Positions 10,048-18,846 of a stretch of DNA of 64,000 nucleotides are shown one piece after another. The notes under the pieces were generated by a model. That model was given only the letters and a program-made list of their open reading frames with translations. It had not been told where the DNA came from and did not search any database. Source of the DNA: a virus; the IMG/VR virus record IMGVR_UViG_3300025000_000067, positions 1 to 64,000 of that record. The stretch is one strand, 5' to 3'. Within the stretch, counting starts at the first letter, position 1. Each line of letters begins with the position of its first letter. Both the position numbers and the translations under genes were made by a program.

Positions 10048-10341
10048 GTGCCTATACAGAGTATCCAAGGGGGAGGGCATAGTGTATTTATCTCTGACGT
10101 TACAGAAGAGGAGTACAAGGCCTTTTGGGAATGGGTAGATACGCATGGTTGGTGCGGAAATGTTGGAGCAACGCTTTTCCCAAGCGATGTAGAAGGAACG
10201 GCAATGATGTACTTTGATTCTGGATTTAACCACACTTGGTATCAAGACATTGTGCCAGCTCTTGAAGAGTACTGGGGTAAAGAACGAATTATCCATGAAG
10301 TAGAGTTTTATGAAAAAGGAGATGATACTCTATGCGAATAG
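10048..10341 (+). CDS. hypothetical acidic protein
   Basis: GGAGGT RBS; ORF in operon. Confidence 0.6.
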   Translation: MPIQSIQGGGHSVFISDVTEEEYKAFWEWVDTHGWCGNVGATLFPSDVEGTAMMYFDSGFNHTWYQDIVPALEEYWGKERIIHEVEFYEKGDDTLCE

Positions 10342-10733
10342 AAATGACAGTTAAAGTCCTAAGAACAGGTGAAGAACACCTTGAAGAGAACCACATAGAT
10401 GATTCTGCAGATCCTGAAGTTTATGCTCAGAGCCTCATTGATGGATTTAATAGGACCCTGAGATCCCATGAAAGTGTAAGAGAGCTTTTAGGTGTAAGAA
10501 TTATTGATGGCAGTAACGCTCATACCCATGACTGGGCTAAACAGAACTTAATTACTGTCATTAATAACCGTGGAAACTATGATGTTATGAAGTGTTCAAG
10601 ATGTGGCATAACAGGTAAGCGCTTTGGTATTGGGCATGGAGTTACAGTAGACCATGCGTATAAAACTAAGGTATATGGGACTTGTGAAGGTGCATTAGCT
10701 CAAAGGGAAAAGCTACGAAAAAAGAAAAGCTAG
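10332..10733 (+). CDS. hypothetical protein with zinc-ribbon motif
   Basis: HDW.K.NL.T..YDVMKCSRCGITGKRFG. Confidence 0.65.
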   Translation: MRIEMTVKVLRTGEEHLEENHIDDSADPEVYAQSLIDGFNRTLRSHESVRELLGVRIIDGSNAHTHDWAKQNLITVINNRGNYDVMKCSRCGITGKRFGIGHGVTVDHAYKTKVYGTCEGALAQREKLRKKKS

Positions 10734-10754
10734 TATTAGAATGAAGTTGAGGAG

Positions 10755-10943
10755 ATGATAACCGTGCCCGTGGCACCAACAACCCATGAATGTACTCGTT
10801 GTGGTCTACATGGGGTAGTGGACTACTACAACATGTATGATTATCTTAAGCTACCAAAATGGGTAATTTTAAAAGTAGGGCACAGTTATGATTATCTAGA
10901 ATGCCCTAAGTGTAAGTGCCCTAATATACTATTTGTTAAGTAA
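10755..10943 (+). CDS. small zinc-ribbon protein
   Basis: CTRC..CPKC. Confidence 0.6.
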   Translation: MITVPVAPTTHECTRCGLHGVVDYYNMYDYLKLPKWVILKVGHSYDYLECPKCKCPNILFVK

Positions 10944-10955
10944 AAGTAAAGGAGA

Positions 10956-11213
10956 GTGGTAACCGTGGAAGTCGTTCAACCTAAGCGCACAGGCAAAAAA
11001 GCTACGGCGATCATGGTTATCGAAGTCCTTGTAGAGGTCGAGGAGTCCGAGAGTTTCTATGATATGGAGGAGCAGGCCCGGGCAAAGCTTCAGAAGCACG
11101 TTGTCGAGGGCCGGGGCTTTTTCCCATTTCGAAATCATTGTGAGACGATCCATGAAATGCCCCTAGAAACGGTCATTGGCAGTACGACGATTAATCCAAG
11201 GAGGAGATGGTAA
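10956..11213 (+). CDS. hypothetical protein
   Basis: AGGAG RBS. Confidence 0.55.
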   Translation: MVTVEVVQPKRTGKKATAIMVIEVLVEVEESESFYDMEEQARAKLQKHVVEGRGFFPFRNHCETIHEMPLETVIGSTTINPRRRW

Positions 11214-11216
11214 GAG

Positions 11217-11717
11217 GTGGGCCGTAGTTATCTAAACAAAGAGGAGAAAAATATTGTTCTGACACTAAGTTCCTTTATAAGCTTTCTAGGCAACCAAACA
11301 ACCAACTGGAAGAAGCTTAAAAGACCAGCTAATCAGCTAAAGTATGCAAAGACAGCCAAAACTTTTTCAGAAAAAGTACTTGGTTTTTTACTGGAGGGTC
11401 TAGATCCACTTGAGGCAGAAAGAATACGAGTAGGCACGAATAGTGTGGAAGTCATTGTAAAGTATACGGATAATGCTATTAGAGCCTACAAAAACATGGA
11501 GAAGCTGGACAGTGTAACACCTATAGAAACAGACCACCTGCTCTATATAGCAGCACAAGCTATTGAGGTGTGCAAAGGGTGCGACTACAACGCTGAAGCT
11601 GTTAAGAAGTGCCCTCTGCGCTTTGTGCTAATTAAGTATGATATTCCAGTACTGGATGAGGATGCCGTGGAAACCTGCCCATACAATGACCAACAATTTA
11701 CAAACTTAACAAAATAA
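11217..11717 (+). CDS. DUF5651-like phage protein
   Basis: YLNKEEK N-terminus; CKGC..CPL..CPY C-terminus. Confidence 0.65.
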   Translation: MGRSYLNKEEKNIVLTLSSFISFLGNQTTNWKKLKRPANQLKYAKTAKTFSEKVLGFLLEGLDPLEAERIRVGTNSVEVIVKYTDNAIRAYKNMEKLDSVTPIETDHLLYIAAQAIEVCKGCDYNAEAVKKCPLRFVLIKYDIPVLDEDAVETCPYNDQQFTNLTK

Positions 11718-11798
11718 TTTTGTTCATTGTTGGTTGTATTTGTTCATAAAATATGTTAGTATTACATATACTATCAGCATGGAAGGAGCGAAGCTCAT

Positions 11799-12053
11799 AT
11801 GGTACTAAAACGACCAGCACCACGACGATGTAGCAAGACTGTAAGCACCGAGCGTATGCTGACCATGCAGGAGGCTATGGACTACTTAACAGACAAAGGA
11901 GTGCCTTGTAAAAGTAGGGCGACGTTCTACCGCATACTTAAGGACTTTGACATCCAGCATGTGAATGTCAACCCGAACGGGAAGAATGCAGTTCGAAGAT
12001 TTCCCCCAGAGAGTTTAGTAGAGATCCTAGAGGCTAAGGGTATCCTTCCGTAA
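11799..12053 (+). CDS. excisionase/MerR-like helix-turn-helix protein
   Basis: LTMQEAMDYL..SRATFYR..RRF; own sigma-A-like promoter TTGTAT-N17-TAGTAT. Confidence 0.75.
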   Translation: MVLKRPAPRRCSKTVSTERMLTMQEAMDYLTDKGVPCKSRATFYRILKDFDIQHVNVNPNGKNAVRRFPPESLVEILEAKGILP

Positions 12054-12056
12054 TAT

Positions 12057-12161
12057 GACCTGGGTAGCTCAATGGTAGAGCAACGGCCAGAGTGTACACC
12101 TTTTCCTTAGGGGAAAGCTGGTTAAGCGTGTGTTGAGGTTCGATTCCTTGCCTGGGTCCCA
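12057..12161 (+). tRNA. tRNA-Asn(GTT)-like gene with a ~33-nt hairpin insertion in the anticodon arm
   Basis: TAGCTCAATGGTAGAGC D arm, GGTTCGATTCC T arm, CCA end; extra stem before GTTAA. Confidence 0.65.
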
Positions 12162-12186
12162 AAAAATATAAGTCGTTCAAATTATC

Positions 12187-12258
12187 AGCGGGATAGAGTA
12201 AAGGTAGCTAGTTAGAGAAATCTTCTAGTGAAGAAGGTTCGATTCCTTCACCCGTGCC
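12187..12258 (+). tRNA. degenerate tRNA (pseudo-tRNA)
   Basis: intact T arm GAAGG-TTCGATT-CCTTC; weak D and acceptor arms; non-canonical anticodon loop. Confidence 0.5.
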
Positions 12259-12360
12259 TAGACTATAAGGGGAGTGAAGCAAAACCATTCCCTCTTATAT
12301 AGATTAAAGGTAATTCTTTAATCCGCTCCTAGTTACCTTATTAGGTCGCTGAGATGGAGT

Positions 12361-12471
12361 GAGGTAGGATGAGTAACTGAAGTCTGCGTAAAAGAACCGC
12401 TTCCCTCGATGGTTGCAGACAAGGCGATAAGATAATCGCGGGTAAAACTTGTCTACCCATCCTCCCTACCA
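12361..12471 (+). ncRNA. putative structured ncRNA ending in ACCA
   Basis: AGGATGAGTA/TACCCATCCT closing stem; GTCTGC/GCAGAC and GCGAT/ATCGC inner stems; lies in the tRNA cluster. Confidence 0.45.
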
Positions 12472-12476
12472 AATAA

Positions 12477-12552
12477 TGGCGCGTAACTCAGTGGTTAGAG
12501 TGCCGAGCTTATACCTCGGAAGTCGTTGGTTCAAACCCAACTGCGCCAACCA
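12477..12552 (+). tRNA. tRNA-Ile(TAT)
   Basis: complete 76-nt cloverleaf; anticodon arm CCGAG-CT-TAT-AC-CTCGG; encoded CCA. Confidence 0.92.
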
Positions 12553-12656
12553 AAAGGTATAAAGTGCCTCTTGTCAGGTACTTTAGATAAAAAACAGAGA
12601 AAGTGCCTTCAACAATCACTTGCTCTAGGGGTAAAGCCATTAGTAACCCCGCTAGG

Positions 12657-12751
12657 TTCAGCCTAGCAAATGGCATTCTGAATGAATGATATTATAAATG
12701 CTGAAAAGCGTGATTTTAATACGGCTTCAGAATGCCATTTGGTAGGTTGAA
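12657..12751. repeat. 26-bp inverted repeat (long hairpin)
   Basis: TTCAGCCTAGCAAATGGCATTCTGAA ... TTCAGAATGCCATTTGGTAGGTTGAA, 43-nt loop. Confidence 0.85.
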
Positions 12752-12859
12752 ATTTTAGCAGCCTGCGAACGTGCAAAGAGAATCAAGTTTCACGCATTGA
12801 GAAACGAGAATTGAGAAATGAGAGAAGAGAGCACGGCAGTATGAAAGGAGCAAATTTCT

Positions 12860-13582
12860 ATGTGTGCATTAAGAGCAACACGCCCAACAGCAGCCCCGGC
12901 AGCGGTAGTAAATCAGATCCCAACTGGTGTAGATCCAGCAGCAGCCCAAGCAGCAGCCCAAGCAGCAGCCCAAGCAGCAGCCCAAGCAGCACCTGACCCT
13001 GTAAATAACACCCCAGTAGTTCAAGGTAGTGGAGCGGTAGCAGTACCGGGGACAGTCCAAGACCTTAACGCCGGAATCCTTGATAACATTGAAGGTATGG
13101 GAAACACCGGAAACTTTGTTACCATGGATGGATCAGATTTTCTGTTCAAAGCAGATAACACAGTAACACAAAGCATTGAGTTAGTCGTTACTTATGGTAA
13201 GCGATACTATCAGTGGGTTGAGGAGCTTCCTGGTGGAGTTAACATTTATCATGACAGCGATGTTAAGCTTGATGATCGATACAAACTCAGGTTTAAAATG
13301 CACTGGTTAGAAGATGGGGCAGAGGCAGGCGACGAGCCTATCGAAATGCAGTTCCACCTACCGACTGCTTCAGCGATGCGCTTCATTGATTATGTAGGTC
13401 AACTGGCCAAGGCTGGTTTCGGAATTGGGAGTGTCGTCACTCAGGCTACCATTAGTCGCCAGATTCAGAACGGAACTACTAACCGTTACAGCCGTGCAGA
13501 GTTTACTATGATTGGCATCGTTAACCCAGATGGAACAACTAATACAGTGAACACGGGGATCACAACGGTTAATAAAAAGTAA
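12860..13582 (+). CDS. probable ssDNA-binding or replication accessory protein with AAAQ repeats
   Basis: strong RBS, beta-rich core, directly upstream of the primase-helicase; function inferred from position. Confidence 0.45.
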   Translation: MCALRATRPTAAPAAVVNQIPTGVDPAAAQAAAQAAAQAAAQAAPDPVNNTPVVQGSGAVAVPGTVQDLNAGILDNIEGMGNTGNFVTMDGSDFLFKADNTVTQSIELVVTYGKRYYQWVEELPGGVNIYHDSDVKLDDRYKLRFKMHWLEDGAEAGDEPIEMQFHLPTASAMRFIDYVGQLAKAGFGIGSVVTQATISRQIQNGTTNRYSRAEFTMIGIVNPDGTTNTVNTGITTVNKK

Positions 13583-13601
13583 GCAAGCATCATAGCGTAC
13601 A

Positions 13602-13629
13602 AAAGGCCTCTGACTAGTCAGGGGCCTTT
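13602..13629 (+). terminator. terminator hairpin
   Basis: AAAGGCCTCTGA-CTAG-TCAGGGGCCTTT. Confidence 0.7.
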
Positions 13630-13787
13630 ACTCTTAGAAATAGGGAACTGGTACATGGGCCTAGACTCATCTTTAATTAGCTCTGTATGTAGAACGTACC
13701 GAAAGGACGCTTATACTATTTCGCAGAGGCAGAAGATGATAGACTATCCATTGTCAGGAATCTCAAAGAAAATCAGGGGGAAAGAGT

Positions 13788-16700
13788 ATGGCAAGAGAAG
13801 CTCGTAAGAAACGAGGTAAAGAAGAGGACAATCTTCTGAACTTCAAGTACGTGGATGTATTTTATCTTAACCCTCAGTCTGGGCAGCGGTCTAAATGGGT
13901 TCGCGTAGAGCAGGGACCCGCTGTAGAAGACTTCAGAAATAAACACGGGAATTACAACGTCTTTGCAACAATTCAAAGCTACCCGAACAGGATCAAGCGT
14001 GAAGGTGGCGGGGAGGAAATGTACGCCCCGCTGTTTTTTGATATCGATAGCTCTTGTTTGCTAGCTAGGGATTGTGCAGCAGACAAAGGTAAAAAGAACA
14101 AACCCGGGCTAATAGACATAGGAGCCTTGAGTAGGCATGATACAGATTCTTTGCAAGTAAGTGGCCTTCTACCTAAGGAACTTATAGCCCATATACTAAA
14201 TAATGACATGGGTATACCCCTATCAGATGAAGTTTGCCAAAAGATCAATGCAGAAGTTGATGCTAATCCGGACCTTAAGCGGTTAGTATGGCTTAAGAAC
14301 TTAGAGCAGAGCAGAATCGACGCTGTAAAAATCATTACTTTCTTTACTGAGCGCTTTGGCCTTACAGAAGATGAAGTTCGGGTGTATTTTAGTGGGTCTA
14401 AAGGGTTTCATATCTTAGTAAATCCCATTGTTTTAGGAATTAAACCAGATAAGAATCTCCATAGGTTTTTCAAGCTCATAGCTATGTACCTAATAACTCA
14501 ACTAGGGCTTAAGAGCCTAGACACGGGGTCTATCTATGGGCATGCTCGTATGCTTAGACTTGTTAACTCGACTCACCACAAGTCAGGCCTGTTTAAAGTT
14601 GAGCTCTACCATAGAGAGCTTAAAGGGGACTTGGAGCGCATTATAACGTTTCTGGCAAAGTCTCCTAGGGATGACTTCTACCCGCCTGACATACAGGAAC
14701 TTCAGTTGAATGATGCAGCTAATGAATGGTACTTAAAGAAGGTTCAAGAGTTCACAGAAGCCCTAAGGATGGAAGAACTATCTGCTACAGGTAGTAAAAG
14801 TGAAGTACTATCTAAAATGGAAAGTGTACCAGCCTGTGTGCAGTTTATTATGGAACGTGGCATTCTGAAGTCTGGGGATCGGAATAAGGCTACCATGGCT
14901 TTAGCTGCTTATGCTAAGGAAGTAGGAACCTCACAGAAAGAGACAGAGCGTACCTTGGTTGCTTGGGTTAAGAAGATACCAGCGTCCATGACATCTAGCT
15001 CATCCTCAGAAGCTGAAGCGTCAACTATATCCTGTGTTAAAACAGTCTACCAAGAGGATAAGTACCGATTTGGATGTGCTTACATTCGAAGTCTGCATGG
15101 TGATAAGTCAGGTAAAGACTACGAGGCTGTCCCTTGTGGTGGACGGAACTGTCCGGCGCATGAGGATCATGCCATAGACGCTGAACCCGCAGAGGAGATG
15201 CATCTTAGCCAGACTTCTAAAGCCGAGTTCACTGGGAAAAAAGTGTCCTTTAGTGCACTAGTAAGTGGTAAACTTGACACTCCATATATTGTACCTAAGA
15301 AGGTCCGGTTTTTATGCAGGAATTTTAAGTACTGTGATAAACCCTGTGTTATGCATGAATACGAAGGAACGTATGACCGAGAGTTCCATGAGAACGAGCG
15401 CTTCTTGATCGAGGCCACAAACCAAAATGACAACAACTTGAAGGGTGTACTTAGGGCCCATAGCGGAGCATCCTGCAATAAGCTGTCTTATGAAGTCCTA
15501 GAACATATCAACGTGTCAGAGCTTTTAGTGGTTCCCATGGCCGACCGGGTGAAGTCGGTTAAAACTTCAGAAGGTCAGTATCAAGATGTTGATGAGTCAG
15601 GCAATGAGTATGTAACCAGAAAGATGTATGCCATAGGTAATGACATCCAGGCAAATAGCCATTACCAAATTGAGGGCTATGTGTACAGCCATCCCCGTAA
15701 TGCTATGGCGACGATTCTTAGTCAAAAGCATGAACCTATGGAAGACAGTATTTCTAGTTTTGAGTTAACCGATGAAGTTAAAAAGTCCTTTGGGGTTTTT
15801 CAAGTTCAACAAGGTGAGACTTTGGATGACCGAATATCCTTTATTGTTGATGACTTAGTTGATAACGTAACCTTGGTGCGTGAAAGGTTCGCTCCTCATC
15901 TAGCTATACTAATGGTGTACCACAGCTGTCTGCACTACTACTTCCAAGGTAGTCTAGAGAAACGTGGCTGGATGGAGACTGTATTTGTTGGAGATAGTGG
16001 AATGGCCAAAACACAGATGGTGAATAACATCATGGAATTCTGTGGACTTGGAAACACAGCATCCGGTGAAGGAACAAGCCGTACTGGGTTAGTATACCGC
16101 TTAGAACAGCTTGGGGAGCGCTGGTTTATTACATGGGGTAAGTATCCTTTGTCTGATCGGAAGCTTATTGCTATTGATGAATTCTCAGAACTGGATCCTG
16201 AAGACTTCGGGAAAATTACAGAAGCCCGAACCACTGGGGTCTTAAGAGTAGACCGAACCGTGAACACTGAAACAAATGCCCGGGTTCGTCTGATACTCTT
16301 AACTAACCCAGTAAGAACGATGACCTTATCCAGATATACCCATGGAGTTGAGTCACTTCGCCCCCTTTTTGCTACCCCTGCAGATATCCGTCGTTTGGAC
16401 TTAGCAGTCTTTCTTCAATCCGGTGACGTTTCTAAATCAGTCCTTAATGCAGAGTACCCGGCTCCCGCAACTCAGGCAGTGTCTTCAGAAGCTCTCCGTA
16501 ACTCAATCTTATGGGCATGGAGCAGGAAACCACAGGATATTACCATTGGAAAACCAACAATGAAAAAGATTCTACAAAGGGCTGATGACCTAGCTACAAA
16601 GTACGGGGATGCTCAGGATATTCCCCTTATGGAGCCCGCCGACCTTCGAAAAAAGCTAGCCCGTATGTCCATAGCCTTAGCCTCCTTAGTTCATAGTACT

Positions 16701-17093
16701 GATGAAACACATGAGAAGATCATTGTACTCCCAGAGCATGTAGAGTACGTTGTGGACTTCCTAAGCGTTGTTTACGATGACAGAAACTGCCGTTTGGACC
16801 TTTACAGCGCTAAGTCAAAAGAGGAGTCGGACTTAACCGATGCAGAACGTGCTGAGGTAAAGAAGGCCTTGGAAGATTTAGACTTTGCTGACCATGCCTT
16901 AGCCTCTGCAGAACTTATTGATCTGTTCCGTAGAAATGACGTTCTGAAGCCCAATGAGATTGTGGATATGTTAGGATTTGAGAGGGCTCAAGTGAATACT
17001 CGTTTGGCCATCTTAACCAAGCATAGTATGATCAAGCGCACCCGAGACGGACTTAGAAAGTTACCGAAGTTTATAGAGTATTTGTTATTGTAA
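13788..17093 (+). CDS. AEP primase / PriCT / MCM-like AAA+ helicase fusion
   Basis: AEP motifs LFFDID and FSGSKGFHI; PriCT-like PACVQ..GDRNKA; Cys clusters; Walker A GDSGMAKT, Walker B IAIDE, Arg finger IRRLDL; C-terminal winged helix. Confidence 0.85.
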   Translation: MAREARKKRGKEEDNLLNFKYVDVFYLNPQSGQRSKWVRVEQGPAVEDFRNKHGNYNVFATIQSYPNRIKREGGGEEMYAPLFFDIDSSCLLARDCAADKGKKNKPGLIDIGALSRHDTDSLQVSGLLPKELIAHILNNDMGIPLSDEVCQKINAEVDANPDLKRLVWLKNLEQSRIDAVKIITFFTERFGLTEDEVRVYFSGSKGFHILVNPIVLGIKPDKNLHRFFKLIAMYLITQLGLKSLDTGSIYGHARMLRLVNSTHHKSGLFKVELYHRELKGDLERIITFLAKSPRDDFYPPDIQELQLNDAANEWYLKKVQEFTEALRMEELSATGSKSEVLSKMESVPACVQFIMERGILKSGDRNKATMALAAYAKEVGTSQKETERTLVAWVKKIPASMTSSSSSEAEASTISCVKTVYQEDKYRFGCAYIRSLHGDKSGKDYEAVPCGGRNCPAHEDHAIDAEPAEEMHLSQTSKAEFTGKKVSFSALVSGKLDTPYIVPKKVRFLCRNFKYCDKPCVMHEYEGTYDREFHENERFLIEATNQNDNNLKGVLRAHSGASCNKLSYEVLEHINVSELLVVPMADRVKSVKTSEGQYQDVDESGNEYVTRKMYAIGNDIQANSHYQIEGYVYSHPRNAMATILSQKHEPMEDSISSFELTDEVKKSFGVFQVQQGETLDDRISFIVDDLVDNVTLVRERFAPHLAILMVYHSCLHYYFQGSLEKRGWMETVFVGDSGMAKTQMVNNIMEFCGLGNTASGEGTSRTGLVYRLEQLGERWFITWGKYPLSDRKLIAIDEFSELDPEDFGKITEARTTGVLRVDRTVNTETNARVRLILLTNPVRTMTLSRYTHGVESLRPLFATPADIRRLDLAVFLQSGDVSKSVLNAEYPAPATQAVSSEALRNSILWAWSRKPQDITIGKPTMKKILQRADDLATKYGDAQDIPLMEPADLRKKLARMSIALASLVHSTDETHEKIIVLPEHVEYVVDFLSVVYDDRNCRLDLYSAKSKEESDLTDAERAEVKKALEDLDFADHALASAELIDLFRRNDVLKPNEIVDMLGFERAQVNTRLAILTKHSMIKRTRDGLRKLPKFIEYLLL

Positions 17094-17112
17094 AAAGGAG
17101 GAGGTTTAAAGG

Positions 17113-17625
17113 GTGAAAAATCACAGCATTAAAGCATGGCCTGTATACTTTCAAGTGGCTAAAACAGGAGAAAAAACATTTGACGAAAGAGTAGATGACC
17201 GGGGATATAAAGTAGGTGATACATTAACACTTCAAGAGTTTGACCCAGAAAAAGGGGAGTATACAGGGGATGAACTCGTTAAGAGGGTAACATACATTCT
17301 GCGTGAACCTTATGCTAAAGATGGTCATGTGATTATGTCATTGGTAGCTGTGGGTAATGTGCCCATGAATGGGACACTTACTAAAAAGGATATTTTGCTC
17401 TATGGAGCACTACTAGAGAGCGACATGTATGTCGATGGCTATGGTTCAACTGATGAAGACACAGTACTTTTAAAAAAGGCTTTAAAAAAGGTTTATGGCA
17501 TAGGTTCAGAGTTCACATCTGATGAAGAAGCAGCCTGTGAAAAGCAACTAAACGAAGACTTAAAGGCACTGGTAGTTGAGATGCGTGGCCTAGTAACCAG
17601 TTATGTTAATGATGGGAGCTCATAG
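17113..17625 (+). CDS. DUF3850/ASCH-domain protein
   Basis: HSIKAWPVYF..GEKTFDERVDDRGYKVGDTLTLQEF..YTG. Confidence 0.85.
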   Translation: MKNHSIKAWPVYFQVAKTGEKTFDERVDDRGYKVGDTLTLQEFDPEKGEYTGDELVKRVTYILREPYAKDGHVIMSLVAVGNVPMNGTLTKKDILLYGALLESDMYVDGYGSTDEDTVLLKKALKKVYGIGSEFTSDEEAACEKQLNEDLKALVVEMRGLVTSYVNDGSS

Positions 17626-17642
17626 GCTCCCTTCCTCTTTGC

Positions 17643-17671
17643 TTGACATATTGTTCAAAGTTGTATAAACT
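17643..17671 (+). promoter_or_regulatory. sigma-A promoter with TTGTTCAAAGTTGTA operator in the spacer
   Basis: TTGACA-N17-TAAACT. Confidence 0.75.
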
Positions 17672-17729
17672 TGGATGTATAAAGTACCACTTGGTACGGT
17701 ACAATAAAGTGAAAAGTAGGTGATACCAA

Positions 17730-18104
17730 GTGAAAACCCCAGTTGAACTTCTGTCAGACTATCAGCGGAAAGTGAAGCTTATGATATCCCAGAAAATACC
17801 GCATAAGGATATCCAACCACTAGACCAGCGAGATATTATACTCTTCATGGCCTTACTCCATCCAACTGCTAAGCGGGAGTCTAAGGAGCTAACCAAGGAG
17901 CTGATAACATTCATTTGTGATCAAGGGATTATTACAGCTGAAGATATTTATGCAAAGTATAACTGGAGTGATAAACCAGTTATGCGACGTTTGAAGCTTT
18001 TTAGGGAGTTTGGCCTAATAAAGCGTGAGCAGAAAAAGTACTACATGCCAACCCCTAGGATGCTAGAACTTCGGAAGACTTATTTAGAAAGGGTGTGTAA
18101 ATAG
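17730..18104 (+). CDS. winged-helix DNA-binding protein
   Basis: ITAEDIYAKYNWSDKPVMRRLKLFREFGLIKRE..YMPT. Confidence 0.65.
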   Translation: MKTPVELLSDYQRKVKLMISQKIPHKDIQPLDQRDIILFMALLHPTAKRESKELTKELITFICDQGIITAEDIYAKYNWSDKPVMRRLKLFREFGLIKREQKKYYMPTPRMLELRKTYLERVCK

Positions 18105-18105
18105 T

Positions 18106-18381
18106 TTGTCAGTAGCCATGAATATTGGTTCCTTGCCATTAGATTTAAAGGAGCATGTGACCTTAGTGCTCGTGAGTAAAGAAGTTATAGCGGATAAGGT
18201 TATTAACGGGAAATGCCTTGCTGATTTTAATGAGGTATTCTTTGATGAGAAGTATTCCCCGCTTAGAAGCTATGTAAGAGATTACTTTACTCAATATGGT
18301 CAATATGGTCAATATGGGTCAAGCGCTAAGGTAGTAGTAGTGAAGTCCAAGCGGGAACAGCCTAAGGTTATTGTGTGTTAG
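18106..18381 (+). CDS. hypothetical protein
   Basis: ORF in operon. Confidence 0.55.
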   Translation: MSVAMNIGSLPLDLKEHVTLVLVSKEVIADKVINGKCLADFNEVFFDEKYSPLRSYVRDYFTQYGQYGQYGSSAKVVVVKSKREQPKVIVC

Positions 18382-18398
18382 AAAGGGTGTATAAATGA

Positions 18399-18656
18399 AT
18401 GCCTAAAAAATGGGAAGATGCCCATGTAATAGTTAAAAAGATTCGCGCTATGAATTTCAGTAAGGACTCTCTGGAACGTATCTTAGGTGTCCTGATGGAA
18501 ATGTTAATGGATGGAGGTAGCGACCTAACAAAGATTGACGCTGCTGGAAAGCTTATTCTAGTACTCAGACAGCCTAATGGTGATCAGGCGTACCTAGATG
18601 AAATGAAGAAGCTGGATACTAAGCTTCGGAAGGGGTGTGTAATTAGTGGACGATGA
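18399..18656 (+). CDS. hypothetical protein
   Basis: ORF in operon. Confidence 0.6.
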   Translation: MPKKWEDAHVIVKKIRAMNFSKDSLERILGVLMEMLMDGGSDLTKIDAAGKLILVLRQPNGDQAYLDEMKKLDTKLRKGCVISGR

Positions 18657-18846
18657 GATTATGATTCGTAATTCATTTGACATTGTTCAGCTAGACCTTG
18701 ATAAGGAGAAAAGGGAGATTAGGCTTAACCTACCCTTAGACGTTTTAAACCTAGTAGATAAAGTAGTTGTTACTGTGTTTAAAGACAAAGTAATGGGTGA
18801 GACTATGCTTAGTCGTGATGGTGAGAAAAAGCCATGGGAAGTTTAA
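18646..18846 (+). CDS. hypothetical protein
   Basis: overlapping ORF in operon. Confidence 0.55.
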   Translation: MDDEIMIRNSFDIVQLDLDKEKREIRLNLPLDVLNLVDKVVVTVFKDKVMGETMLSRDGEKKPWEV

